A DNA stretch of 63,424 bases, filler included, from Octopus bimaculoides (lineage: Eukaryota), in assembly GCF_001194135.2 (NCBI RefSeq). It is 6 parts of 6 records of this genome, joined end to end, with 100 filler letters (N's around TTAATTAATTAA, not from the genome) between each part and the next. Parts side by side here need not be neighbours in the genome. Positions count along the whole stretch, not along the records: positions 31,170 to 55,226 come from NC_068999.1; positions 55,327 to 57,284 come from NC_069006.1; positions 57,385 to 58,758 come from NW_026306382.1; positions 58,859 to 60,217 come from NC_068987.1; positions 60,318 to 63,424 come from NC_068990.1; 1 more part is not named here. One strand, given 5' to 3'. The notes under the pieces were generated by a model. It was not told where the DNA came from. It worked only from the letters and a program-made list of their open reading frames with translations, and ran no database searches. The position numbers and the translations under genes were made by a program. Of the stretch, positions 52,392-63,322 are shown one piece after another; within the stretch, counting starts at the first letter, position 1; every line of letters begins with the position of its first letter.

Positions 52392-52422
<31 letters not shown>

Positions 52423-53009
52423 GGTGAGGTGTTAAGACGAGATTTCAAACAATAATTAAAACTATAGGCAGATTTATAATAGAAGATATACTGATTCTCA
52501 GATTAGAACAAGACCTATATCACGTTGAAAGCACCAGTTCTCGTCCGCTCACTGTCAAATGACTGAAATCAGTAAAAGAGAGTAAAAGAGTATATTGGTA
52601 TCATGGTGCTCCAGGAGTAAAGAATGGGATGACCCTAGTAAGAGGTTTGTCAGACTACTAAAAAAAAACGTAATAATTTTATCCTCATTTATTTCTGATT
52701 CATTTAGCACGTTGTTTCTCTTTTAACCAAACACCCGTGATAAACGACGACAGATGTATTATATCATAATACTGAATTAAAAAAATGAATTAAATTATTT
52801 GTAATCTCTGATGGAATACAAAAGTTTGTGGATACTAACATGAGAGCATAGCAAGTTTAAATGGCAATTAGTTAAGATACCTGGGTGACATTGACAATAA
52901 AAGGATGTTTTGAAATTATATTCATTATTGTCATTTCTGTTTGTTATATATTAAATATATTAACGAAAATGAAACCAATGGTATCATCTCACAAAATGTA
53001 AGAGAAGAA

Positions 53010-53225
53010 ATCAATCACTTAATATTCATGGATGATCTTAAATTTTACTCTCAAAAGTGAGAAAGAACATTTTAATATGATTTGTTAGAATTTGCAGTAA
53101 AGACGCTATTTGGTTTTGGTAAATGCAGTTTTGGAAAAAGGTGAAAATCCTGAGGGAATTAATTACACTTCAAGATAGAAAATCAATAACATAATTGAAA
53201 GAGGGTGAAGGACACAAATACGATA
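53010..53225 (+). mobile_element. Degraded RT fragment of an RLE-type non-LTR retrotransposon
   Basis: INHLIFMDDLK, then FG.GKCAVLEKG, EGI and EGEGHKY remnants across frameshifts. Confidence 0.7.
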
Positions 53226-53460
53226 TGGATATGGTTATGCTACAGGGTGATGTGATGAATATAGGCAGAATGGAGAAATAAACCAGAGGAAACAAATGAT
53301 AAAATTGGAGAAAAATACAATGCAAAATGCAAAATACAAAATCCCCCAAAACAAAATGCAACGGAAGTAACACAACAAAATCACTGATATTATAATAATG
53401 CTGAGACATTATACTGGCATTCTTCAATTGATTGAACTTTATGCAATAGATGGATATACG

Positions 53461-53620
53461 CGCTTCTTCTTCTTCTTCTTCTTCTTCTTCTTCTTCTTCT
53501 TCTTCTTCTTCTTCCTCTCCTCCTCTTTCTTCTTCTTCTTCTTCTTCCTCTCCTCCTCCTCCTCCTCCTCCTCCTCCTTCTTCTTCTTTCTCTCCTCCTC
53601 CTCCTTCTTCTTTTTCTTCT
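53461..53620. repeat. (TTC)n/(TCC)n microsatellite
   Basis: Direct reading. Confidence 0.98.
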
Positions 53621-53679
53621 TGCTCAAATGATTTGCTTATAGTCAAATGTTTGTTGCTGCACATTAGCTCACTTTCCTG

Positions 53680-53849
53680 CATCGAACCGACGTCGTCTGT
53701 ACAGGTGCACGATGTACTACACATCACATGTCGAAACAATTGCATAGCAACGTGAAATGAAGTGTTTTGCTCAAGAACGCCACACTTCTCGCCGGTCCGG
53801 GAATCGAAATCACAGATCTCGCGATTGTAGGTGAAACACCCTAAGAGGT

Positions 53850-53850
<1 letters not shown>
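53680..53850 (-). mobile_element. tRNA-derived SINE
   Basis: Reverse B-box GGGAATCGAAA at about 53800; GTGTTTTGCTCAAGAAC shared with the 33088 and 60553 family. Confidence 0.8.
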
Positions 53851-53898
<48 letters not shown>

Positions 53899-54379
53899 AT
53901 TTTTCTCGATTTACAGGATTATGCTCAAAGAGGTATCGTCACTCGCACGCACCATCTTTGCTACATTCACCCACCTTTTATTGTCATCGTCGTTATCATC
54001 ATCATCATCATCATCATCATCACCNNNNNNNNNNNNNNNNNNNNNNNNNNNNNNNNNNNNNNNNNNNNNNNNNNNNNNNNNNNNNNNNNNNNNNNNNNNN
54101 NNNNNNNNNNNNNNNNNNNNNNNNNNNNGTACCAGATTTGAACTTAGAAACGTTAAATATTTAATCCATTCAGCTGTTTCAACCTCTGCGCACAAGGTTT
54201 ATTATCGCCAATCGCCAGTTTTGTTCTTACAACACAGGAACACACCACCCGCTGTTCTTTACATAATTTAGAGCCGACGAACTGGTCAAACAAGGTTACT
54301 TGGTGGAATACAGTTGAGTAAAGGGTTTAGTGGCGGCCGGAGAGTTTAAACGATATTTTGAAAGAACCTGGTTCGGTTA

Positions 54380-54590
54380 TCTAAATTGATTTCAAATTTT
54401 GGCACAATGCCAGCATTTTCGGAACGGGGGAGGGAAGGAATAAGTCGATTACATCGATCCCAAGTATTCCGGAAGGATGAAAGGCAAAGTCGACCTCGGA
54501 GGAATTTGAACTCAGAACGTAAAGACAGACGAGATGCCTCTAAGCATTTTTGCCTGACGTGCTAATGGTTATGCAAAATCGCCATCTTGG
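54380..54590 (-). mobile_element. tRNA-derived SINE (reverse copy of the 42121-42341 family)
   Basis: TTTCAAATTTTGGCACAA...GGATGAAAGGCAAAGTCGACCTCGGAGGAATTTGAACTCAGAACGTAAAGAC...GTGCTAA is the reverse complement of that family. Confidence 0.9.
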
Positions 54591-54834
54591 TGTTATCTAA
54601 ATTACAATGAAAAGAACCTTGTTTCTTGTTTGGAGATCTGGTTCATTCTTTATTAGAGAAGTAGCTCTCAACCATTTTTTTTTTGTCTGTGGACACCTTT
54701 GGTTTCTATTTCACACGACTGGACCCTCATATCAATTCGTTGGTTTTAAAAATCCTCATATTTTTATAATATTATTAGGAATTGTATTAAAAGAATTGAA
54801 ATATTTTGTGTATTGTAGAAGTTATTGTTGGCAC

Positions 54835-55205
54835 TACGTCGCTTACGACGTCGAGGGTTCCAGTTGGTCCGATCAACGGAACAGCCTGCTCGTGAAATTA
54901 ACGTGCAAGTGGCTGAGCACTCCACAGACACGTGTACCCTTAACGTAGTTCTCGGGGATATTCAGCGTGACACAGTGCGACAAGGCTGACCCTTTGAATT
55001 ACAGGCACAACAGAAACAGGAAGTAAGTGTGAGAGAAAGTTGTGGTGAAAGCGTACAGCAGGGTTCGCCACCATCCCCTGCTGGAGCCTCGTGGAGCTTT
55101 AGGTGTTTTCGCTCAATAAACACTCACAACGTCCGGTCTGGAAATCGAAACCGCGATCCTATGACCGCGAATCCGCTGCCCTAACCACTGGGCCATTGCG
55201 CCTCC
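54835..55205 (-). mobile_element. Long, well-preserved tRNA-derived SINE
   Basis: Head reads GGAGGCGCAATGGCCCAGTGGTTAGGG...GGTTTCGATTTCC on the minus strand; 3' part colinear with 10148-10310. Confidence 0.9.
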
Positions 55206-55226
55206 GCTAATGTAGCAGTATAAGCA

Positions 55227-55326
55227 NNNNNNNNNNNNNNNNNNNNNNNNNNNNNNNNNNNNNNNNNNNNTTAATTAATTAANNNNNNNNNNNNNNNNNN
55301 NNNNNNNNNNNNNNNNNNNNNNNNNN
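55227..55326. other. Artificial contig-joining linker
   Basis: 44 N + TTAATTAATTAA (55271-55282) + 44 N. Confidence 0.97.
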
Positions 55327-55375
<49 letters not shown>

Positions 55376-55464
55376 GTGAGACCGTGAGGGTAGATGACTT
55401 CAGTCTTCTTACTTCCATTGTAATATTTTTAGGCAATAAAATACATATTTCCTGTTAACAACAA

Positions 55465-55870
<406 letters not shown>

Positions 55871-56417
55871 ATAGCAATATACTTTGTTGATTCTTTCCCC
55901 CAAGGGTAGCAAAAGGAATATATTACTACAACGAAAGACAAAATGGTGTGTAGGAGTCGAGATGAGGTNNNNNNNNNNNNNNNNNNNNGGGGGGGGGGAG
56001 AGCGGCGGCTGGTTAGATTTCAGCGACAATTATTGCTATTGTTATCTCCCTTGCTACTGCCAATGCTGCTTCTACCGGCCTCTATTCATCATCTAATCTG
56101 TATTCGTGAACCCGACTCCACATCCATCATCGGACCTCGTCCCTTGTTACTCTTTTATTAATGTTTCATTTACTCTTTGTCTCTACCTCTTCCTTCTCCC
56201 CCTGGCTCTCCCGTCTTATTTCATCTTCTTCGTCTTCTTTTTTCTTCCAACACCACCCCTCTCTCTCTCTCTCTTCAATCACAACGCTATTATCGTACTC
56301 TTATGGCTTCCATAACTATCTACCGTCTGTCCACGTATTATCATATGTATATCTTTTATTCATTTCCACACATACGTAGGCATGTGTATATATTTGCGTG
56401 TACGTCCATGTAAGCGC

Positions 56418-56484
<67 letters not shown>

Positions 56485-56958
56485 CATATATATGTATATG
56501 CATGTATATATATATTGTATATATTGTATATTTCTGTTGTTAGAATCAATAAAAGAAAGAAAATATTCTATCTCAAGAGGGATAAATATCATTTAATAAA
56601 CACAGGATTTAAGTGTGAATTACTATCCGAGCATGGAACTTACAGTAGCTCAGATTAAATCTTGTGTTTATTAGATGATATTTATTTCTTGTAGGTGGAG
56701 TATTTTTTATCACTGATCACACCAATAATGGAACAGTGTGTATCTGTGTGTGTGTATATATATATANNNNNNNNNNNNNNNNNNNNNNNNNNNNNNNNNN
56801 NNNNNNNNNNNNNNNNNNNNNNNNNNNNNNNNNNNNNNNNNNNNNNNNNNNNNNNNNNNNNNNNNNGTAGTACAAGTAGTTGTGGTGGTGCTGGTACTGG
56901 TGGTGCTAGTATTAGTAGTAGTAACAGCTGTTGTGGTGGTGATGGTCGTGGTAACAGC

Positions 56959-56997
<39 letters not shown>

Positions 56998-57139
56998 TGT
57001 AGTAGTTGCAGTAGTTGTAGTAGTTGTAGTAGTTGTAGTAGTAGTAGGGTAGTTACGTTGGAAGTGGTACAGTGGTATTTATGGTAGGACTAGCGTAGTG
57101 GTGTGCTGAAGTTAGGATAATGGTAGTGGGGTGGTGATG

Positions 57140-57284
57140 GTGGTGGTGGTGGTGCATTTCTGGTGACGGCGGAGCTAATGAAGATAATGATGGTTGCGAT
57201 GGTTGCGGTGGTGGTGGTGGTGATGGTGGTGGTGGTGGTGCATTTCTGGTGACGGCGGAGCTAATGAAGATAATGATGGTTGCG
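57140..57284. repeat. Tandem duplication of a ~57-bp GGT-rich block
   Basis: GGTGGTGGTGCATTTCTGGTGACGGCGGAGCTAATGAAGATAATGATGGTTGCG twice. Confidence 0.9.
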
Positions 57285-57384
57285 NNNNNNNNNNNNNNNN
57301 NNNNNNNNNNNNNNNNNNNNNNNNNNNNTTAATTAATTAANNNNNNNNNNNNNNNNNNNNNNNNNNNNNNNNNNNNNNNNNNNN
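57285..57384. other. Artificial contig-joining linker
   Basis: 44 N + TTAATTAATTAA (57329-57340) + 44 N. Confidence 0.97.
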
Positions 57385-58758
57385 TGGAATTCGAACGTAC
57401 GTGCGTCCGTTCGGCATCCCTCTGCACCGTTCGGTCGGAATTCGAACGTACGTGCGTCCGTTGGACCTCCCTCTTCACCGTTCGAGCGGAATTCGAACGT
57501 ACGTGAGTCCGTTCGGCCTCCCTCTGGACCGTTCGAGCGGAATTCAAACGTACGTGCGCCCGTTCGGCCTTCTTCTGCAATGTATNNNNNNNNNNTTCGA
57601 ACTACTTCTGCACCGTTCGAGAGTAAGTGGAACGTACGTGCGTACGTTCGGCCTCCCTCTGCACCGTGCGAGCGGAATTCGAACGTATGTGAGTCTGTTC
57701 GGCCTCCCTCTGCAGCCTTCGAGTAGAATTCGAAAGAACGTGCGTCCGTTCGGAATCCCTCTGCGCTGTACGAGCGGAAATCGAACGGACTTGCGTCCGT
57801 TCGGTCTACCTGTGCACCGTTCGAGCGGAATTCGAACGTACGTGCGTCTGTTTGGCCTCCCTTGGCACCATTTGAGCGGAAGTCGAACGTACGTGAGACC
57901 GTTCGGCCTACCTCTGGACAATTCGAGCGGAATTCAAACGTACGTGCGTGCGTTCGACCTACCTCTGCTACGTTCGAGCGGAATTCGAACGTACTTGCGC
58001 CCGTTCGGCTTCCCTCTTCACCGTTCGATCGGAATTCGAACGTATGTGCGTTTGTTCGGCAGCCCTCTGATCCGATCGAGCGGAATTCGAACGTACGTAC
58101 GTCCGTTCGGCCCCCTTCTGAACCGTTCCTGCGGAACTCGAACGTACTTGCGTCCGTTCGTCCTCCCTCTGCACTGTTCGAGTGGAATTCGAACGTATGT
58201 CAGTCTGTTCGTTCTCCCTNNNNNNNNNNAGTTGAATTCGAAAGAACGAGCGTCCGTTCTGTCTCCCTCCGCAGATTTCGAGCGGAATTCTAAAGTAAGT
58301 GCGTCCGTTCGACCTCCGTCTGCACCGTCCGAGCGGAATACGTACTTACTTGCGGCCGTTCGGCCTTCCTCTGCATCATTCGAGAGGAATTCGAACGTAT
58401 GTGCATCCGTTCGGCCTCCCTCTGCACAGTTCGAGCGGAATTAGAACGTTCTTGCAGCCATTCGGCCTCCCTCTGCGCTGTTCTAGTNNNNNNNNNNTCT
58501 CCCTCTGCGCTGTTCTAGTGGAATTCGAACGTACGTGCGTCCGTTCGGCCTCCCTCTGCAGCTTCCGAGCTGAATTTGAAGGTATGTGCGTCAGTTTGGC
58601 ATCCGTTGGCACCGTTCAATCGGAATTCGACCGTACTTGCGTCCATTCGGCGTCCGTTGGCGCTGTACGAGCGGAATTCGAACATACGTGCGTCAGTTTG
58701 GCCTCCCTTGACACCGTTCGAGTGGAATTCGAACGTACGTGCGTCCGTTCGGCCTCCC
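57385..58758. repeat. 51-bp CpG-rich tandem satellite filling the whole contig
   Basis: Consensus GCGGAATTCGAACGTACGTGCGTCCGTTCGGCCTCCCTCTGCACCGTTCGA (51 nt, 9 CpG, EcoRI site), roughly 25 diverged monomers; gives the 17-aa periodicity in the ORF track. Confidence 0.97.
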
Positions 58759-58858
58759 NNNNNNNNNNNNNNNNNNNNNNNNNNNNNNNNNNNNNNNNNN
58801 NNTTAATTAATTAANNNNNNNNNNNNNNNNNNNNNNNNNNNNNNNNNNNNNNNNNNNN
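58759..58858. other. Artificial contig-joining linker
   Basis: 44 N + TTAATTAATTAA (58803-58814) + 44 N. Confidence 0.97.
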
Positions 58859-58892
58859 CATACATACATACATACATGCATACATACATACA

Positions 58893-58923
<31 letters not shown>

Positions 58924-59202
58924 TTGCATGCATACATATTTGTATGCATACGTGCATACATACACACACACAAACATATATACATACATACATATATACA
59001 TACACATATACACACATACATACATACATACATACATACATACATACATACACACACATGCATACATACATACATACATACATGCATGCATGCATACATA
59101 CACACATACATACATACATACACACATACATACATACATACACACACACATACATACATACACACACACATACATACATACATACATACATACATACATA
59201 CG
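58859..59202. repeat. (TACA)n microsatellite
   Basis: Direct reading. Confidence 0.98.
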
Positions 59203-60217
59203 TCTATGCAGGATTACGTGCGTACACAACGACATCGCAAAAAAAACACACCAGCAGAGTAAAGGAAGGAGGAGGAGGAGTAAAATAAGAAAGAGAAAGA
59301 CAAAAAAGGGGGGGAGTGGTAGACGAAGAGGGGGTTGGGTTAGTGATGAAGGTTTAAAATTGCGGATTTAAACATAAACGTCTTAATCTTCGTCTTAATC
59401 TTTAGACAGAATATACGGATTAGAAAACTGAATTGAATAGCTCGCTTTGATACCCATGCGTGTGTATATGAGTGCGCACGTGTGCCTGTGTGTGTGTGTG
59501 TGCGTGTACGTACATGTATGTGCATGTATAAATGTATACAGACTAACGAGCAGGTGTATAATTGTACAGGTATTTTTTTTCAAACCTGTGCGCATGTTCT
59601 GATGTTCCTGTGTCGAAGAAAAGAAACTATTATCATTGTTGTTGTTCTTGCTGTTGTCGACGGCGGCGGCGGAGGCAGTGGTGGTGGTGGTGGTGGTGGT
59701 GGGGTATTATTTATATTACTAAGGCCTAATACTTTTGTATTACCTGAAGATACACGCGCGAAAATGCATTCATCAGGTGGCATATGGCAAAGTGCATGTA
59801 CATACATACATATATACATACACACATATATGCATATATACATACATATATACATACATACATACAAATATATATATATATCCTACCTTTGTTTCTCCCT
59901 CTACCACTCTCTCTCTTACACCGGCATGGTCACATGCTTCCGGTCAATAATCCTTTTCTTCCTTGGCTATCGCCGAGCAAACACGCGAACTACTTCGTCC
60001 CTACTTTCAAGTTCGTGCCTCACAGCGTTCATACACACATAATTTTTCCCGTCTGGCCGTAAAGCCTTTTCTATTTGTTTTCCTGTCTTGTTTTTTGTCC
60101 GCCACTACATTCCTCCATGGCAAGATTTAATTTGTGTATACAAATTTAATTTGCCGTCCATGGGAAGAGCCGTTTTAACGATGCGTCCTGCCCAGCTCTT
60201 CGAAACGCCGGTGTTAA

Positions 60218-60317
60218 NNNNNNNNNNNNNNNNNNNNNNNNNNNNNNNNNNNNNNNNNNNNTTAATTAATTAANNNNNNNNNNNNNNNNNNNNNNNNNNN
60301 NNNNNNNNNNNNNNNNN
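60218..60317. other. Artificial contig-joining linker
   Basis: 44 N + TTAATTAATTAA (60262-60273) + 44 N. Confidence 0.97.
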
Positions 60318-60504
60318 TATATGCTCAGAATTTGAGGAAGCAATATCCATGTAAGGGATTGTTAAAAATATCTAAACATTGCTTTCAAATAAGTCAAATA
60401 AGTTATTTTGTAGCTCAAGACTAAAATACACTTATTTTTCTTGAAGAGATCTAACATTATACAGATTATTGCATCTTTTAAAGTTATAATTATTGATGAT
60501 TTTA

Positions 60505-60551
<47 letters not shown>

Positions 60552-60552
60552 T

Positions 60553-60785
60553 GGAGGTACACAGAGATACATGGCTTAGTGGTTAGGGTATTTGACTCAT
60601 GATTGTAAGATTGTGGTTTCAATTCCAAGATCAAGCAACACGTGTTCTTGAACAAAACACTTCACTTCATGTTGCACCAGTTCACTCAACTGGCAAAAAT
60701 GAGTAGTTTTGTGATGAGCCGGCATCCCATCTAGGGGAGGAGTATACACACCACAGAAACCAGCCCTATGAGTCTATATGCCACA
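60553..60785 (+). mobile_element. tRNA-derived SINE
   Basis: A-box TGGCTTAGTGG, B-box GTTTCAATTCC; body related to 33088-33264. Confidence 0.8.
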
Positions 60786-60814
60786 TGATGAAACTTTATC
60801 TTATACACACACAA

Positions 60815-60845
<31 letters not shown>

Positions 60846-60857
60846 CACACACACATG

Positions 60858-61038
60858 TATGGCATTGGTGTGTGGTTAAGAGGTTTGCTTCCCAATCACA
60901 TGGTTTGAAGTCCTCTCTGTGTTGCACTTTGGGCAAATGCCTTTTCTACTATAGCTCCAGAACAACCAAAACCTTGTTGAGTGGATTTGATAGATAGAAA
61001 ACTTCAAGAAACCCATTATATATATATACATATATATA

Positions 61039-61093
<55 letters not shown>

Positions 61094-61290
61094 CTGTCTC
61101 CTTGTCTTGACATTGCAGGATCGTTGTAAATGAATTTCACTCCTTTCCAATATTCTGCATAAACATGGGAAAATATTACCTTGCTTGAAGATAAGCAAGG
61201 CTTGGACAACAAGAAAACCAGTGAAAATCTGCCTTGATATAACTCTGTCCAACCCATGCAACCATGGAAAAGTGAACGTAAAAACTTCCC
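60858..61290 (+). mobile_element. tRNA-derived SINE with internal TA/GT microsatellite and extended tail
   Basis: Head and body related to 31262-31420; continues after (GT)n with CTTGTCTTGACATTGC...CCAACCCATGCAACCATGGAAAAGTGAACGTAAA. Confidence 0.75.
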
Positions 61291-61496
61291 TTTGTTAGCT
61301 GGCTGTCAACTGCATAATTACTTCTTCCTATGGTGCCAAGAAGCATCGATGCTACCAGAGAATGTATAGATTCTTTTGACCCACACTTTAACATTTTTTA
61401 TGCCCCTTTTATCCAAACAGCTCTCACACCAGCTGTGTCAACTGTAACCACATCAAACCTGTTGTAACGAATTTGTTTCACTACTTTCTGAAGATG

Positions 61497-61833
61497 TATG
61501 AAGAGGTGCTGAAAAGTTCCTGGCTTTGGATAAAAGAAAATACTTGAGAGTCTGTTAATTATGATTTTACTCAACATATTCTCCTCATAGATTTACACAC
61601 TTATTGCAGCAGTCTTTCAGTTTTTCTAAGCCCTGTAAAAGAACTCAGAAGACTGGACCTCATACCAGGCCTTTTGGGATAACTTTAAAGTATATTCCCC
61701 TCTCAGATTCACACACTTATTGCAGTGGTCCTTCAGTTTTTGTATGCCCTGTAAAAGAAGTCAGAAGGCTGGGCCTCCAGTCAGGCCTTTTGGAATACCC
61801 TTAAAGCCATGAACTTTTCAGCACCCCCTTGTA
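61497..61833. mobile_element. Mariner-derived MITE with internal ~110-bp tandem duplication
   Basis: TIRs TATGAAGAGGTGCTGAAAAGTTCCTGGCTTT and reverse complement TACAAGGGGGTGCTGAAAAGTTCATGGCTTT; TA at both ends; two diverged copies of ATATTC...CACACTTATTGCAG...CCCTGTAAAAGAA.TCAGAAG...CAGGCCTTTTGG inside. Confidence 0.9.
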
Positions 61834-62137
61834 TTCTTTGCTCTCAGTAAAGATCTTTGGGCTGTTTCTAACATACTTTTGCCATACATGCATGATGAAT
61901 CATTCTCTGATTCCCTTCCCAGTTCAGAAATTACTGCTCTGCCATCATCTTGCTAAGTCCAATGTCAGTTTAGTAGGATATTGTGGATCTAGTTACAACT
62001 CCCATGACAATCCACCTACACTAGAAGTAATGTATATTGCATGTGTGGGCAACCTTTATTCGTGAAGTGGGCCACATGAGACAGACATAGCTCATCATCA
62101 GGTGAGCTGTGCTGCTAAAAAAAAAAAAATTCAAGGT

Positions 62138-62171
62138 CATCATCATCATCATCATCATTATCATCATCATT

Positions 62172-62204
<33 letters not shown>

Positions 62205-62400
62205 GTCATCATCATCATCATCATCACCATCATCATCNNNNNNNNNNTCATCATCATCGTCATCATCATCATCATCATCACCATCATCATCACCATCATC
62301 ATCATCATCATCATCACCACTATCATCATCATCATCATCATCATCATCATGACCACTATCATCATCACCACTGTCATCAACCACATCATATTCATCATCA
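62138..62400. repeat. (CAT)n microsatellite
   Basis: Direct reading. Confidence 0.98.
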
Positions 62401-62732
62401 TTTAACAAACTGTCAAACCCATGATGGCATGGGTTTGACAATTTGACAGGAACTGGCAAGGCCAGGAGCTGCACCAAGTTAGTTCCATAGTCTGTTTCGG
62501 CAAAGTTTCTTCAGCTGAATACCCTTCACACATCATTTTTCCTGTTAAAATGAGGTGTGCCATTCAGAAAGTCTTGTGGGTCACAGTTTGCCCCATGACT
62601 GGCAATGTACACATTCTTAGGCTTTGCATGACTCCCTTAGTTCTTCATATTTTAGACCTTGTTTTTTTTCATGTACTTACCCAATAGTGTTACTTAAACA
62701 TCATCAGTTCAACAATTGGGACACATCTCTCA

Positions 62733-62883
62733 ACATTATTTACATTATTTACACTTGACGGATATTTGTCCTCATCTTGTTTGTTGTTAACACAACGTTT
62801 TGGCTGATATACCCTCCAGCCTTCATCAGGTGTCTTGGGGAAATTTCAAACCTGGGTTCTCATTCCTAAAATATTTTTCAATG

Positions 62884-62920
<37 letters not shown>

Positions 62921-63019
62921 CATTATTATTATTATTATTATTATTACTATTATTATTCAGGTCACTGGTATTGAACTCGAAATCTTGGGGTTAGAAGCCC
63001 GCGCTCTTAACCACTACGC
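62733..63019 (-). mobile_element. tRNA-headed SINE, left arm of inverted dimer
   Basis: Minus-strand A-box (A)GCGTAGTGG, B-box GTTCAATACC (62976-62967), (AAT)n linker, hammerhead-like module and tail; reverse complement of 63033-63300. Confidence 0.9.
62789..62834 (-). ncRNA. Minimal type I hammerhead ribozyme motif, G12-to-A variant
   Basis: Minus strand GACAC-CTGATGA-A-GGCTG[GAGGGTATAT]CAGCC-AAAA-C-GT-T-GTGTT; keeps the AACGTT helix III palindrome but has lost the catalytic G12. Confidence 0.65.
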
Positions 63020-63023
63020 TCAC

Positions 63024-63099
63024 GGGCATATGGCGTAGTGGTTAAGAGTGAAGACTACTAACCTCAAGATTCCAAGTTCGATTCCAGGCAGTGACCTGA

Positions 63100-63132
<33 letters not shown>

Positions 63133-63322
63133 TCGAAAAATACCTTAGCAATGAGAACCCAGGTTTGAAACTTCCCAAAGACACCTGATGAAGGCTGGAG
63201 GATATATCAGCCGAAACATTGTGTTGACAACAAACAAGATGAGGACAAATATCCATCAAGTGTAAATAATGTACATAATGTAAATAATGTACATAATTCC
63301 TCATCTCTTAAATATAGAACTG
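63024..63322 (+). mobile_element. tRNA-headed SINE, right arm of inverted dimer
   Basis: A-box TGGCGTAGTGG (63031-63041), B-box GTTCGATTCC (63076-63085), (AAT)n, hammerhead-like module, tail ending CTCATCTCTTAAATATAGAACTG. Confidence 0.9.
63180..63225 (+). ncRNA. Minimal type I hammerhead ribozyme motif (Penelope type), one substitution in helix III
   Basis: GACAC-CTGATGA-A-GGCTG[GAGGATATAT]CAGCC-GAAA-C-AT-T-GTGTT. Helix I is GACAC/GTGTT and helix II is GGCTG/CAGCC. The sister copy has GT where this has AT. Confidence 0.7.

Noticed and set aside
57385-58758. Satellite as a CRISPR array
   Set aside because: Monomers are contiguous with no unique spacers, there are no cas genes, and the context is eukaryotic.
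60160-60217. GAAGAGC...GCTCTTC-GAAAC stem as a hammerhead
   Set aside because: No CUGANGA precedes the stem.
63024-63095. SINE heads as tRNA genes
   Set aside because: A and B boxes are present, but there is no complete cloverleaf or acceptor stem, and they run into repeat bodies.
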